A DNA stretch of 64,000 nt from an uncultured Methanoregulaceae archaeon (lineage in GTDB: Archaea > Halobacteriota > Methanomicrobia > Methanomicrobiales > Methanospirillaceae), in assembly GCA_963701095.1 (NCBI GenBank), contig OY969564.1, positions 1,888,001 to 1,952,000 on the forward strand, read 5' to 3'. Of the stretch, positions 50,406 through 61,506 are shown piece after piece. The notes beneath the pieces are model-generated. The model searched no databases and was not told where the DNA came from. It worked only from the letters and a program-made list of their open reading frames with translations. The position numbers and the translations under genes were made by a program. The stretch's first letter is position 1. Each line of letters starts with the position of its first letter.

Positions 50406-51049
50406 ATGTGTCCCCATGCATTGATCCCCTTTAAGCCTGCAGGTCCGAAGAGCCGCTCTCCGGCATGCTCTCACCGGACGAACGGGAAACATTTGCGCGT
50501 GCGATGTTAGAAGATGTTATCGCAGCCGTAAAAGATGCGAACTGCAGCCCTGTAATCATTGCAACCGAGCTTTTTGATAGTGAAGATATCCAGATTACTA
50601 TTGCAGATAAGGACCTGAGTGGTACATTAAACGAAGTACTTTCTCAGGCAGCAGGACCCGTTCTGATCCTTATGGCTGATCTTCCACTTGCTACAGGCGA
50701 ATCAATCCGCCGTGTAGTAAATACTAAAAACGATATTGCAATTGTCCCGGGAAGGGGTGGGGGAACAAATGCGATTTTTGTAAAAGAACCCACCAAATTC
50801 CATGTCGATTATTACGGCATGAGTTTTTCAAAGCACATGCAGATAGTACGGGAAGCCGGGCTTTCCTGCGAAGTGGTGGATTCGTTTTTACTTCATACGG
50901 ACATCGATGAGGAAGACGATTTGGTGGAACTCCTTACTCATGGGACAGGAAAAAGCAGGAAATGCCTTGAAGATCTCGGGTTTACCCTCTCCTCGGAGCA
51001 TGGGCGGGTTGGTGTGAAAAGGAAAAACATGCCTCTCCAGCAATCTTAA
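50406..51049 (+). CDS. cofC: 2-phospho-L-lactate guanylyltransferase CofC; frameshift at ~50455
   Basis: Upstream frame MCPHALIPFKPAGPKSR joins LSGMLSPDERE; MADLPL, GRGGGTN, DIDEEDDL. Confidence 0.9.
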
Positions 51050-51254
51050 TTTTTGTTATTTAATGGGGGGCGACATCCGATTTAACACGCCTTCGATATT
51101 TTATGTCCGATTTCTTTTTGGTGATCAACAGATTTCAACCGATAGCTAGAGAAAAAATCTGTGTTTCCCTTAAAGGAAAATAGAACAATTTCGCGCGCAT
51201 GTTATGTTTCTTTATCCGTAGGCTAGGTCATCGATACTGGTATCTCTTTAAAAG

Positions 51255-51536
51255 TTGGATATTAATGTGAACGTAATGTACCTTCCTGAATGGTTCACTC
51301 CTGTCCTCATAGGGATTGATGTTCTTGTCATAGTTTACGGGCTTCAGGTCGCTTTCAACAAGAAACAGGTGTACGGTTGGTTTTTGGCTCTTGCGTTTTT
51401 TTTATTTGGGATAAAAGAGATTCTTCCTTACAACGGCGTGAACCTTCCTTTTGCCGCGGACGCGGCACTATCGGTTGCCGGTCTCGCCGCCGCACTTTGG
51501 GCCTTCTATCTGTTGGTAAAATCACTCCCCTCTTAA
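51255..51536 (+). CDS. Small membrane protein (about 3 TM)
   Basis: Three hydrophobic segments; no family recognised. Confidence 0.6.
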   Translation: MDINVNVMYLPEWFTPVLIGIDVLVIVYGLQVAFNKKQVYGWFLALAFFLFGIKEILPYNGVNLPFAADAALSVAGLAAALWAFYLLVKSLPS

Positions 51537-51542
51537 AGTGGT

Positions 51543-52217
51543 TCACTTATTATCTCGATTCCGGCTCGGTTCTTTTGGAAGATCAGGATGGGTATTCCGG
51601 AATTGGATGAGTCCGTCACAGAATTCGCCCAGGTACCCGTCCATAGAGAGGCTTCCTTCCTGAAACCGGCATTCCTCCTCCTCAATTACCCGGTTGATCA
51701 AATTTTTTGTGGGAAGAAGAAGATCAATTTTCACCCCGGCTTTGACCGAACCGCGGATAAGAGCTTCGCGAAAAAGACCTATGCAATACGCGATTCTGTA
51801 TCTGTAAAGGTGACGGGTCTTATCCAGATATCCTGCAATCCGATCAGCTTCGATCGAAAGGAAATCCGCTTTGATTTTTTCATCGTTACATTTCCCGAGC
51901 ATATACTTGTAATGTGCATAGGGATACATCGTTTCAAGTTCGGCAGGTACAATCCCGCATGTACCAAAGATAACAATGTGGTATTGCGACTCATCAAATA
52001 CTTGTGAAATAATCATACGGATGAGCTGGTGGCTTGGGCTTGTGCTGTAAGGTTTTCTTACGGCACAAGGCATAAATATACCAATATCCCGTGGTTCAAT
52101 CTCGTATTCATCGATGATAAACCGATAGGACTGCTCAAATTCCTGCAGGTAGAATGGCGGACCGGTGAGTTCTGGTTTATTTGATTCATTATTTGGCTCT
52201 CGTGCGAAATTTCCCAT
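51543..52217 (-). CDS. DUF5591-like protein (stand-alone domain related to archaeosine synthase ArcS)
   Basis: IFMPCAVRKPYSTSPSH and GIVPAELE.MYP..HY motifs. Confidence 0.7.
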   Translation of the reverse strand: MGNFAREPNNESNKPELTGPPFYLQEFEQSYRFIIDEYEIEPRDIGIFMPCAVRKPYSTSPSHQLIRMIISQVFDESQYHIVIFGTCGIVPAELETMYPYAHYKYMLGKCNDEKIKADFLSIEADRIAGYLDKTRHLYRYRIAYCIGLFREALIRGSVKAGVKIDLLLPTKNLINRVIEEEECRFQEGSLSMDGYLGEFCDGLIQFRNTHPDLPKEPSRNRDNK

Positions 52218-52410
52218 GGCCTCTCCTAACAAAATCAATCACACACCAAATGAAACATCCGGTCGTGGTGGATTAGAATGATCCCATTTCATGACTCTTG
52301 ATTCTCCGGCAGATTACGAAGGAACTGTCTATCCCCGTGTTCCGACTTAAGCGTCGCATAAATTGCTACCAGTACTTTTTTTTCACTGCTTGAATACTAC
52401 TTATTTTTAG

Positions 52411-52989
52411 ATGTATAATGCAGAAGACCCGGAACTGAAACGACAGGTACAGTATCTTAAGATAGGGTTTACCGGGGTTCTTGCCAGATTTATCCTGATT
52501 ACGTATGGATTTCTTACAGGGAACAAGCCGGTATTGGACATAGGAGGAGGTTTGACATGCTGTTCAGCAGCAGTCCAAAGCGTATTGATTTTCTCTCAGT
52601 TCAGTACCCGCAATTTTGAAAAAGCTTCTTTTTCAGATCGAGATAATAGCCCAGGATTGGCGTTTGCCTATAAAGACTCACTTGTATCCCTAAACGGAGA
52701 GAGCATAACCTTTTTCAGGTATTCATTTCCTTTTGGAAAGAGCCGAAAGATTGCTTTTGCTGATATAGATCACATCACCATCAACGAGCCTTCGCTTGTG
52801 AATGGCAAATGGCGGATCTGGGGTTCTGGGGATTTTCGTACATGGTTTCCCCTAGACATTCACCGGTCCTCGTGCGATAAAATATTTATCATTAGTATGA
52901 AAAACGGGGGCACAAAGATTGGATTTTCTGTAGAGAATTCTCAGAATGTCACCACGCTGTTCGAGGAACATAATCTGATAGTCAAATAG
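52411..52989 (+). CDS. Hypothetical protein; C-terminal half PH-like
   Basis: YKDSLV...RYSFPFG..RKI.FADI...WRIWGSG..RTWFPLD pattern; weakly hydrophobic N-terminus. Confidence 0.5.
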   Translation: MYNAEDPELKRQVQYLKIGFTGVLARFILITYGFLTGNKPVLDIGGGLTCCSAAVQSVLIFSQFSTRNFEKASFSDRDNSPGLAFAYKDSLVSLNGESITFFRYSFPFGKSRKIAFADIDHITINEPSLVNGKWRIWGSGDFRTWFPLDIHRSSCDKIFIISMKNGGTKIGFSVENSQNVTTLFEEHNLIVK

Positions 52990-53123
52990 TAAATATATGA
53001 CTTCGGACAAGAAGAGTGGTAGCCGAAAGGTAAGAAAAATATGAACCCGACCCTACTGTTTTTTCTTCGTTTGCGGAAATATAGTTCACAAAAATTTGAA
53101 TAAAAAGACCGGAGAGGAACGAT

Positions 53124-53504
53124 ATGCATTGGTATAGCTGGATTGTGCTGTTAGTGCTTATATGCGCCATTTTCGCTGGCTGTATATCAAGTAGTGTCCA
53201 AAATACTGCGATTCAGGTCACTACGGATACCTTGGATTCTTTTAACCCGGTAAATGTTGGTTCATTCGATTTCTATACTGCTGATTTCAAGGTAGAGAAC
53301 CCCACAAACAGGACGTTTGATAACGTCGTGGTTCAGGTTACCCTTATGCCGATTTCAACGTACTGCCACTCCCATTCGGCGACTTTTGATATCCCCACTA
53401 TCACTCCGCTGCAAAAAATGACTGAAACGTTTTCGTTCTCCGAATTTGCCGATCTTGACTGTTCCTACAACTTCACATCATCAGTAATGTCGGATCCGAT
53501 TTAG
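53124..53504 (+). CDS. Small secreted lipoprotein, beta-rich
   Basis: Signal peptide ending FAG-C; VENPTNRT; two Cys in the mature part. Confidence 0.65.
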   Translation: MHWYSWIVLLVLICAIFAGCISSSVQNTAIQVTTDTLDSFNPVNVGSFDFYTADFKVENPTNRTFDNVVVQVTLMPISTYCHSHSATFDIPTITPLQKMTETFSFSEFADLDCSYNFTSSVMSDPI

Positions 53505-53525
53505 ACGTCCAGCAAAGATCAGAGT

Positions 53526-54296
53526 TCATTTCTGGCACTTCCGGAAAACTCCCATAAACAGACACTCTTCTGCAGCAATAGAATCAACACCTTTTTGATT
53601 ACCTATAGGCATTCCGAGGCCACGGATAATGGCGGCTGGTGTACATTCATCTGCCTCACCCATCACAAGTTCGGCAGCTGAAGAAATATTATCGGCAACC
53701 GCTCGTTTGGTTACTTCTAATTTGCGTCCGAACAGGTCGCATCGACCCCGGTCATCGATAACTGATGTTATTCCTGCGCATCCGATGGCAACCCCGGAAC
53801 AACCAAGTCGCATCGCGTGCGTACGGCTATCGGCAACGACAACGCCTATCTTTGCTTGGCACTTGCGGGAGATCTCATCCTTGATGCGCAGAGCACTTGC
53901 GTTGGGATCAACCGGCAAGGGAACGACACATCCCGGTGGAGCATTCGAAGCGTCAACACCTGCGTTTGGAAGGAGTGTGCCCTCTTTCATACAGAGCAGA
54001 AAACCCGGTATACCGCCTACTATCGAGTCACTCTCGTTTATGACTACTTCTGCAATCCGGGGATCCATACGGTATTGTTGCGCGAGTTCTCTTGCACGAG
54101 AGGAAGGCGTTATGGTTTCAAGCATGACGACGTTTCCTTCGGCGGTCGCAACTGCAGTTTCTGCAAGAACAAGGATGTCCCCGTCTTTAAACCCATTACA
54201 GGCCACTTCTGCGGCGTCAATGATTCTCTCAGTAAAAGGATCATTTGGCCGGATAATACCTGTAGTGAGTCCGGTTACGGTAAAAAAAGAATTCAT
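53526..54296 (-). CDS. cofE: Coenzyme F420-0:gamma-glutamyl ligase
   Basis: PNAGVDASN, DSRTHAMRLG, DLFGRKL, AELVMGEADE. Confidence 0.9.
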   Translation of the reverse strand: MNSFFTVTGLTTGIIRPNDPFTERIIDAAEVACNGFKDGDILVLAETAVATAEGNVVMLETITPSSRARELAQQYRMDPRIAEVVINESDSIVGGIPGFLLCMKEGTLLPNAGVDASNAPPGCVVPLPVDPNASALRIKDEISRKCQAKIGVVVADSRTHAMRLGCSGVAIGCAGITSVIDDRGRCDLFGRKLEVTKRAVADNISSAAELVMGEADECTPAAIIRGLGMPIGNQKGVDSIAAEECLFMGVFRKCQK

Positions 54297-55105
54297 ACTC
54301 GATCCGCCAGGTAAGCATACACCATCATCACGTCACGGGTTGCTGCTACATCATGCACCCGTACAATAGATGCGCCTTTTCCAAGGAGTTTCATGGTCAC
54401 GGCAAGGGTTCCCGGCAGCCTATCCTCTGGATCCCGGTTCAGGAGCATCCCGATAAATGTCTTCCGCGAAACTGCCGCAAGAACTGGACGATCGAAGCAA
54501 TGGAATCTTTCGAAATTCCGGCAGAGTTCCCAGTCGTCTCCGATGGAACGGTGTGGTGTCCATATGCCTATTCCGGGGTCGAGTACATACTCGTTCACAC
54601 CTGCATGCTCACATCTCAGCATTACCTCTTTGAGCGAGTCCATGGTCGCCTCAACACCAATAGGATCCCCTGGTTGCTGGTTTGTCGCCATCACAAAAGC
54701 AGGAAGCCCTGCATCAGCGACCTTTTTTGCATAGGCCGGTGAAACAAACCCACTGATGTCATTTGCTGCGTGGATATCATGTTTGAGGCAGACCTCAAGT
54801 ACGCCGGGGTTCATTGTGTCGACCGAAATGGTAATTCCGGTCCCGTCCAGTTCCTTGAGCGCTGCATCGATACGTTCTGCTTCAGTTTTACCGCTAATCG
54901 CCTGTGTATTCGGCGCTGTGCTCCGTGCACCGATATCAATCATATCAGCACCCTGCTCGATCATGGCAACGGCGGTTGTGTGGACCTCTGTAATGGGGAT
55001 GTAAGATCCCAGATAGAACGATTCCCCGCTAACGTTGATGACCCCCATCAGGCGGGGTGGTGCGGTTCCGCCAATCTCGAGGTTGTTGATGCGACAGGAT
55101 TTCAT
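54293..55105 (-). CDS. folP: Dihydropteroate synthase (bacterial-type fold)
   Basis: [41 protein letters not shown]. Confidence 0.9.
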   Translation of the reverse strand: MKSCRINNLEIGGTAPPRLMGVINVSGESFYLGSYIPITEVHTTAVAMIEQGADMIDIGARSTAPNTQAISGKTEAERIDAALKELDGTGITISVDTMNPGVLEVCLKHDIHAANDISGFVSPAYAKKVADAGLPAFVMATNQQPGDPIGVEATMDSLKEVMLRCEHAGVNEYVLDPGIGIWTPHRSIGDDWELCRNFERFHCFDRPVLAAVSRKTFIGMLLNRDPEDRLPGTLAVTMKLLGKGASIVRVHDVAATRDVMMVYAYLADRV

Positions 55106-55935
55106 GATATCCTCGTCGCTGCCAAAAAAGTGTTTTCCATAAGGGTGGCAATAGTCATCGGGCCAACGCCGCCAGGTACCGGAGTAATTGCTGATGCAAC
55201 CTTTTTTACTCCGTCGAAGTCCACGTCTCCCACCAGATTTCCGTTGAGCTGGTTAATACCAACATCGACAACGACGGCGCCGGATTTGACCATATCCTGT
55301 GTGATAAAATGCGCTTTTCCAATAGCTGAGATCAGGATATCTGCCTGCCTTAGTTCGGCTGAAAGGTTCCGAGTCCTGCTGTGGCAGACTGTTACCGTTG
55401 CATCTGCGTTTGTCATGAGCGCCGCCATAGGCCTCCCGACATCGATACTCCGGCCGGCAATAACTACCCTTTCCCCGGCAATGGGAATCCGGTAATCTTC
55501 AAGCAGGTTCATAATCCCTTTAGGTGTGCAGGGTGCGAAACGGGGTTTGCCACTCATTAAAAGACCAAGGTTTGTTGGATGAAACCCATCTACGTCTTTT
55601 TCAGTCTTTACTGCAGTGATTACCTTGTCGGTATCTATTTGTTCGGGGAGCGGAAGCTGAACCAGGATACCGTTAATGTCTGCATCCCGGTTGAGCCCTG
55701 AAATTGATTCGAGGACTTTCTTCGTAGTGGAGTCCCCGGGGATTTCGATGCCGACAGATCCGATGCCGACACGTTCGCAAGCCCTGTGCTTCATGCGAAC
55801 GTACATTTGCGATGCCGGATCGTTGCCGACGATGACCGTGGCAAGGCGGGGATAAAGCCCGGACTCCCCAATTACTTCCTTGAGGAACTCGAGCCGCTTT
55901 TCCGAAACTGCTTTCCCATCAAGGATAATGGACAT
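55102..55935 (-). CDS. folD: Methylene-THF dehydrogenase/cyclohydrolase
   Basis: [32 protein letters not shown]. Confidence 0.96.
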   Translation of the reverse strand: MSIILDGKAVSEKRLEFLKEVIGESGLYPRLATVIVGNDPASQMYVRMKHRACERVGIGSVGIEIPGDSTTKKVLESISGLNRDADINGILVQLPLPEQIDTDKVITAVKTEKDVDGFHPTNLGLLMSGKPRFAPCTPKGIMNLLEDYRIPIAGERVVIAGRSIDVGRPMAALMTNADATVTVCHSRTRNLSAELRQADILISAIGKAHFITQDMVKSGAVVVDVGINQLNGNLVGDVDFDGVKKVASAITPVPGGVGPMTIATLMENTFLAATRIS

Positions 55936-55955
55936 CGTAGCACCCGCAAATAAGA

Positions 55956-57197
55956 TCAGGTCACCGGGTAAATCGGGAATTTCTGTGCCATTTCAGTAAC
56001 CTCCCGGCTAACTTTTTTAATCAGCGATTCGTTTGTGATATCTTTTACAATCGCAGAGATCCAGATACCTATCTGGCGCATTTCTGCCTCTTTCATGCCC
56101 CGTGATGTGACGGCCGGAGTTCCGACCCTTAGCCCACTTGTAACAAACGGGCTTTTGGTCTCATTGGGAATGGTGTTTTTGTTGACGGTTATACACGCTT
56201 TTCCAAGGGCCACTTCTGCTTCAAGACCGGTCAGGTGCTGGTTGGTAAGGTCGATAAGCATAAGGTGGTTGTCAGTACCGCCCGAGACAAGCCGGATACC
56301 GTTGTTTGTCAGTACCTCCGCAAGTACCTTGGCATTCTTGACAATCTGTTTATTGTATTCTTTGAATGATGGTTTGAGCGCCTCCTCAAAACACACAGCT
56401 TTTGCAGTGATCGTATGCATAAGCGGACCCCCCTGCATCCCCGGGAAGACCGCTTTATCGATTAGCTGGGCATATTCATTATTGCACATGATTGCCCCGC
56501 CTCGTGGTCCGCGAAGTGTTTTATGAGTTGTAGTTGTGGTGAAATTAACAATACCAACGGAAGTCGGGTGAATACCTGTTGCGACAAGTCCGGCAATATG
56601 GGCTATATCAGCCATACAATATGCCCCAACATCATCGGCGATCTCCTGGAATGCCTTAAACTCGATGGTGCGAGGGTATGCCGATGCACCGCAGACGATA
56701 ATCTGGGGCCTCTCCTTTTTTGCCATCTCACCGACGGCGCCATAATCGAGCATCTCGGTTTCGGGATCCACACCATATTGGGCAACCCGGTAAAACTTGC
56801 CAGTAAAGTCTACTGGAGATCCATGCGAGAGGTGACCGCCTTGGTTAAGCTTCATGCTTAAGATCTTTTCTCCAAGCTTCATGTATGCAAAATAGACTGC
56901 CATGTTCGCCTGGGTTCCCGAGTGAGGCTGGACATTTGCATGTTCAGCACCGAAGAGCTTTTTCAATCTGTCGCGGGCAAGATTCTCGGCCATGTCATGA
57001 AATTCGCACCCGCCATAATACCGTTTTCCCGGGTAGCCTTCAGCATATTTATTGGTCATAATGGACCCCATTGCTTCGAGCACCGCACGGCTGACAATAT
57101 TTTCGGACGCGATCAGCTCTAGCCCGTTTGTCTGGCGGAGCCGTTCCTTCTCAATAATATCTGCTATTTCTGGATCTGTTTGGGAAAGATACGACAT
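55956..57197 (-). CDS. glyA: Serine hydroxymethyltransferase
   Basis: [34 protein letters not shown]. Confidence 0.97.
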   Translation of the reverse strand: MSYLSQTDPEIADIIEKERLRQTNGLELIASENIVSRAVLEAMGSIMTNKYAEGYPGKRYYGGCEFHDMAENLARDRLKKLFGAEHANVQPHSGTQANMAVYFAYMKLGEKILSMKLNQGGHLSHGSPVDFTGKFYRVAQYGVDPETEMLDYGAVGEMAKKERPQIIVCGASAYPRTIEFKAFQEIADDVGAYCMADIAHIAGLVATGIHPTSVGIVNFTTTTTHKTLRGPRGGAIMCNNEYAQLIDKAVFPGMQGGPLMHTITAKAVCFEEALKPSFKEYNKQIVKNAKVLAEVLTNNGIRLVSGGTDNHLMLIDLTNQHLTGLEAEVALGKACITVNKNTIPNETKSPFVTSGLRVGTPAVTSRGMKEAEMRQIGIWISAIVKDITNESLIKKVSREVTEMAQKFPIYPVT

Positions 57198-57473
57198 ATG
57201 GATACACGTTTGTGTGGATCAGGTAATACCTTTTCTTAGGATGAGCGCAGGGGTAATAAAACCGGTAAAATCTCCGTCATAAACCCGGTGTTTTTTCTGG
57301 CAACACACATTTTAAAATGGCGCTTAATGGAAAGATCGGGAGGATTAACGGGGGTCTGGAAACTTTTTTTTAGGAAAAATAAGCACAAACCTTTTTTTCT
57401 CATCCGCAGATCACTACTATTATTAATAGGGAGTGCGCCGCACCTGTATATATCAAAAGTATGCGGGTAAAGC

Positions 57474-58043
57474 ATGGTGCTACCGGATGCAAAGATAAAG
57501 TATCTTGAGTTCGAACTTGACGAGAAGGAGAAATTGGTCAAAATGATGGAAAGTTCAGGAAGCGGTGCCGGTGAGGATCGCGTCGCCGCGCTCGAAAAGA
57601 AAGTGAACGAGATGGAAGCACTCGTGAAGGGGCTCACTCAGGAGCTCCTTGACCTCAAGTCGATTGCGATGAAAATGTCCAAACAGACTGAAGAACGCAG
57701 CCGACAGGAACTTAAACGAGTACAGCCGATCGTTCAGGGTTCCCCGGCGGCCGGATCTGCGTCTGTGAGTGCTGCCTCGCCCCAACAGGGAGGTAGCACT
57801 GTCGTGATACGCAAGGGAGCCAGACCCTCTGATGCCGAGGCTTCAGCCCCTGAAGAGCCTGCAATGGACATGATAATGCAAACCGACGGAACAATGAAGC
57901 TTGAGCCTCGCCGCGGAGAGAAAAACTACATTGTCGCTTCAGCCGGCTACGGCAGGAACAAGAAGGGTGTGTCCGTCAAACCAAAGCAGAGTGATCTGAT
58001 CTACGCCGTTGAAGAAGACAAATCCGATGCAGCAAAGAAATAA
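57474..58043 (+). CDS. Coiled-coil hypothetical protein upstream of smc
   Basis: DRVAALEKKVNEMEALVKGLTQELLDLK heptads; low-complexity linker; YIVA and DLIYA C-terminal motifs. Confidence 0.75.
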   Translation: MVLPDAKIKYLEFELDEKEKLVKMMESSGSGAGEDRVAALEKKVNEMEALVKGLTQELLDLKSIAMKMSKQTEERSRQELKRVQPIVQGSPAAGSASVSAASPQQGGSTVVIRKGARPSDAEASAPEEPAMDMIMQTDGTMKLEPRRGEKNYIVASAGYGRNKKGVSVKPKQSDLIYAVEEDKSDAAKK

Positions 58044-58064
58044 GCGTGACGGGGAGCCGGATCT

Positions 58065-61000
58065 TTGCACATCACAGAGCTCGAGATAGATAATTTCAAG
58101 TCTTTTTCAAAAAAGACAAAAATTCCCTTTTTAGAGGGTTTCACTGTAATATCCGGCCCAAACGGATCTGGTAAAAGTAATATTATTGATTCGGTTCTTT
58201 TCGTTCTAGCGCTTTCCAGTTCACGCAATCTGCGCGCAGAAAAGCTAACAGATCTGATAAATCTTAACTCCGGGAAAAACACTGCCGAAGTTGCCATTGA
58301 ATTTTCCGATGGGACGAAGATCCGGCGCCGGATCAAACGGACAGGAAACGGCTATTACAGCTACAACTATCTCAACGACAGGCTTTGCAAACAGAGCGAT
58401 ATTGTTGATCATCTTTCCAAGTTCGGTATTATTCCACATGGTTACAACGTTGTGATGCAGGGAGATGTAACCCGCATTATGGAGATGAGCGATTTCGAGC
58501 GCCGAAAGATCATTGATGAGATTGCCGGGGTCTCGGAATTTGAAATGAAAAAACAACAGTCACTTTCAGAGCTTGATGTAGTAAGGGAACGGATCGAGAG
58601 AGAGGAAATCCTTCTTATCGAACTTGCAAAAAGGGCAAATGAGCTCAGAAAAGAACGCGAACAAGCGCTTGAATACCAGAAATGGCAAAAAGAGCTCGGT
58701 TTCTTTCAGGGTTGCCGGTCTGCAGCCCAGCTTCATGGCAAAGAGAAGGAGAGAGACACTCTTCTTGCATCTGCAGAGGAGCAAAAGATCAGGATCTCAC
58801 GGATTGATGCCGACCAAAGCATAGAGGAGAACGAACTCTCTTACCTTAAGGCCGATCTTGCTGATATTGATGAGCTTCTCAATAAAAAAGAGCGGTCCGG
58901 ATTACCTGAAACTGATTGCAGATATTGAAGAAGCGAAGAGTGGGATCAAGCTTGCAGAACAGACAATCACCCGGCTTAAAAAGGATAAAGAGACAAATCT
59001 CGAAGGCATTAACCGTGTTTTCGCAGATACAAAACGGGCAGAAACCCGGGTGACCGAGCTTTCCGACCAGATTCGTGCATTATCAATCGATCGCACAAAT
59101 ATCTCCATGGAAGTCGCAACTTCCCGGTCGCAGCTGGAAAAAATCGAAAATGAGATCCGCAAGTATTCTTCTGATACTGAGGAGGCCAGACAGAAACTCT
59201 TTTCCCTGATGGAAGAAGTGGAGGCAAAAAAAGGGGAGCGTTCTGAAATCCTTCACCAGCAGGATATGTTCATCGAAAAGAGTCGGATGAGGACCAGCGA
59301 ACTCGAACGCCTCACGACGCTCCAGAAACAGCTCGACTCCGAATATACAGCAAAGCAGGAGCAGCTTGACCAAAACGAACGAACGGTTACGGATCTTAGC
59401 AACAGAAAAAAGGATCTCGACCGCACACTTTCCGAACTCGAGAGTACCCTCTTTGCCCAGCGTTCATCTCTTGAAAGACTTCACGATGAAATGAAGGATG
59501 TTGAGCAGGACGCAATCAGGCTCGAGGCAGCACAACAGGCACGGGGAGAATCCGGTGGAAGAGCAATAGAATCAGTGAAATCTATTGAAGGTGTTCACGG
59601 GACTATCGCTGAGTTAGGTCGAGCCCCTCCAGAATACTCGACAGCACTTAATACTGCTGCGGGCAACAAGCTCCAGTTTGTCATCTGTGACACCGACCAG
59701 ATAGCTGCCGACGCAATTCGCTACCTGAAGGATGAGAGACTTGGAAGGGTGACATTTCTTCCTTTAAACAAGCTCAGACCCCCTACCCTTCTGCCAGTGA
59801 AAGAATCTGGTGTTATCGATTACGCGGTCAATCTTCTCGATTACGATCCCGTCTTTGACAAGGCCTTTGCCGTTGCCCTTGGCTCAACTCTTGTCGTAGA
59901 TACGCTTGACAGGGCCCGCAAACTTATCGGCAAATACCGGATGGTCACCCTTGAAGGAGAAATGCTTGAGAAAAGCGGGGCTATGACCGGTGGTTCAGCA
60001 AAGAAACCAATCCGGGGATTTGGCGCAGCTGTCGATGACGAGATCATCCGGATCCGGTCTCACCTTGCTGAGCTTGCCCAGGAAGCTGGGACACTCGAGG
60101 CGGGTATAAAGCGCATGACTGAAGCGGTGGATGGTAAACGAGCCCTCCGCAACGAGATCGATCAGGAGGTTGCCCGTGCTGGAGCTCTTACCGAGGAGCA
60201 TTCCCGGCGGTTTGAGGCAATCACTATTGAAAAACAAACGATAGAATCTGCGGTTGCACGGCAGAAGGATGAGACCGGCAACAGTGCTGCCGAATTGGCT
60301 GCGCTTGAAGGAAAACTTGATGCAGTCACTGAAACAATCAACGCGATAATTGCCCAGATTGATGGAATAAAAAAGAAACTGGAAGATACCAATATTCCTG
60401 CCCTCACCGACCAGATGGAAAAGAAGAAAAAGGAGATCGAAGAGGCGGAACGGCATCTGCGCAATAAGGAGGCTGATATGAACGATGCCTCACGTGAGCG
60501 TCAGCACTTCACTGTACGAATTGGTGAGCTTGGCGAAGAACGCACCCGGCTCGATGAGCGCAACCGACAGATCGATGGGGAAATAACCGGATCAAACGAA
60601 CAAATTTCCTCAAATAAGACTATTATTGCAGAACTCGAAGAGAAACAAAAACAGTTTTCGGGTGAACTTGAAATTCTGCGGAAGAAACGTGCGGGTGTTT
60701 CCGATGCCATTCATGCATCCGAAACCAAACTAATCAAATTCGACTCCGATAAAGAACGGTTCACCATTCAACTAACCGCACTTGAAGAGAGGGCTCAGGC
60801 ACTAACTGTCGAGATTGCGGGTCTCAAGGAAATAGTCGGGGAGGTCACAACTAATCTGACCCTGACCGAGATCGAGGGTAAGATTGCGGATGCCGAATTG
60901 GCTCTTCATAAGATAGGCGCTGTCAATATGCTTGCCATAGAAGAATATGAGAAGATCCAGAGACAGGTTGAAGAGAGGACACAACGAAAAGACACTCTTT

Positions 61001-61506
61001 CCAAAGAACGGACAAACCTGATTGAACGTATCGAGAAATTCGAACAGATGAAGTTCGAAGCGTTCATGACCTCCTTTAAAGCGATTGACGCCAATTTCCG
61101 GGAGATCTTTGCCCGTCTCACAAGTGGAAGCGGGAATTTGATTCTTGAAAATGAGGAAGATCCATTCACCGGTGGCCTTACATTTGCGGTAAAACCCCGT
61201 GACAAAAAAGTTCATCTCCTCTCCTCTCTTTCAGGAGGGGAGAAATCACTTACCACGCTTGCCTTTATCTTCTCTATCCAGCATCACATCCCAGCGCCTT
61301 TCTACGCTTTTGACGAGGTTGATATGTCGCTTGACGGTGCAAATGTGGAAAGAATAGCAGCGATGATAAAAGAACTCGCACCCTCTTCACAGTTTGTCAT
61401 CGTTTCATTACGAAAACCTATGATCGAAGCCGCACAGCGAATCATGGGTGTTACAATCCGACCGGATAAAAGCACCCTCGTTACCGGAGTCAAGGTCAAT
61501 GGCTGA
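58065..61506 (+). CDS. smc: Chromosome segregation ATPase SMC; extra A in the A-run at 58884-58889
   Basis: GPNGSGKSN Walker A; hinge GRVTFLPL; LSGGEKS; FDEVD. The two ORFs join at NKKSGPDY. Confidence 0.95.

Noticed and set aside
921..56526. Long antisense or alternate-frame ORFs (e.g. 921-1646, 6137-6859, 15841-16554, 53629-54369, 54770-55495)
   Set aside because: They are shadows of well-supported genes on the opposite strand and have no recognisable motifs.
58884..58889. Programmed frameshift in smc at the A-run (AAAAAAG)
   Set aside because: It resembles a slippery site, but it is one of many indels in the window and no stimulatory structure is evident; a homopolymer error is more parsimonious.
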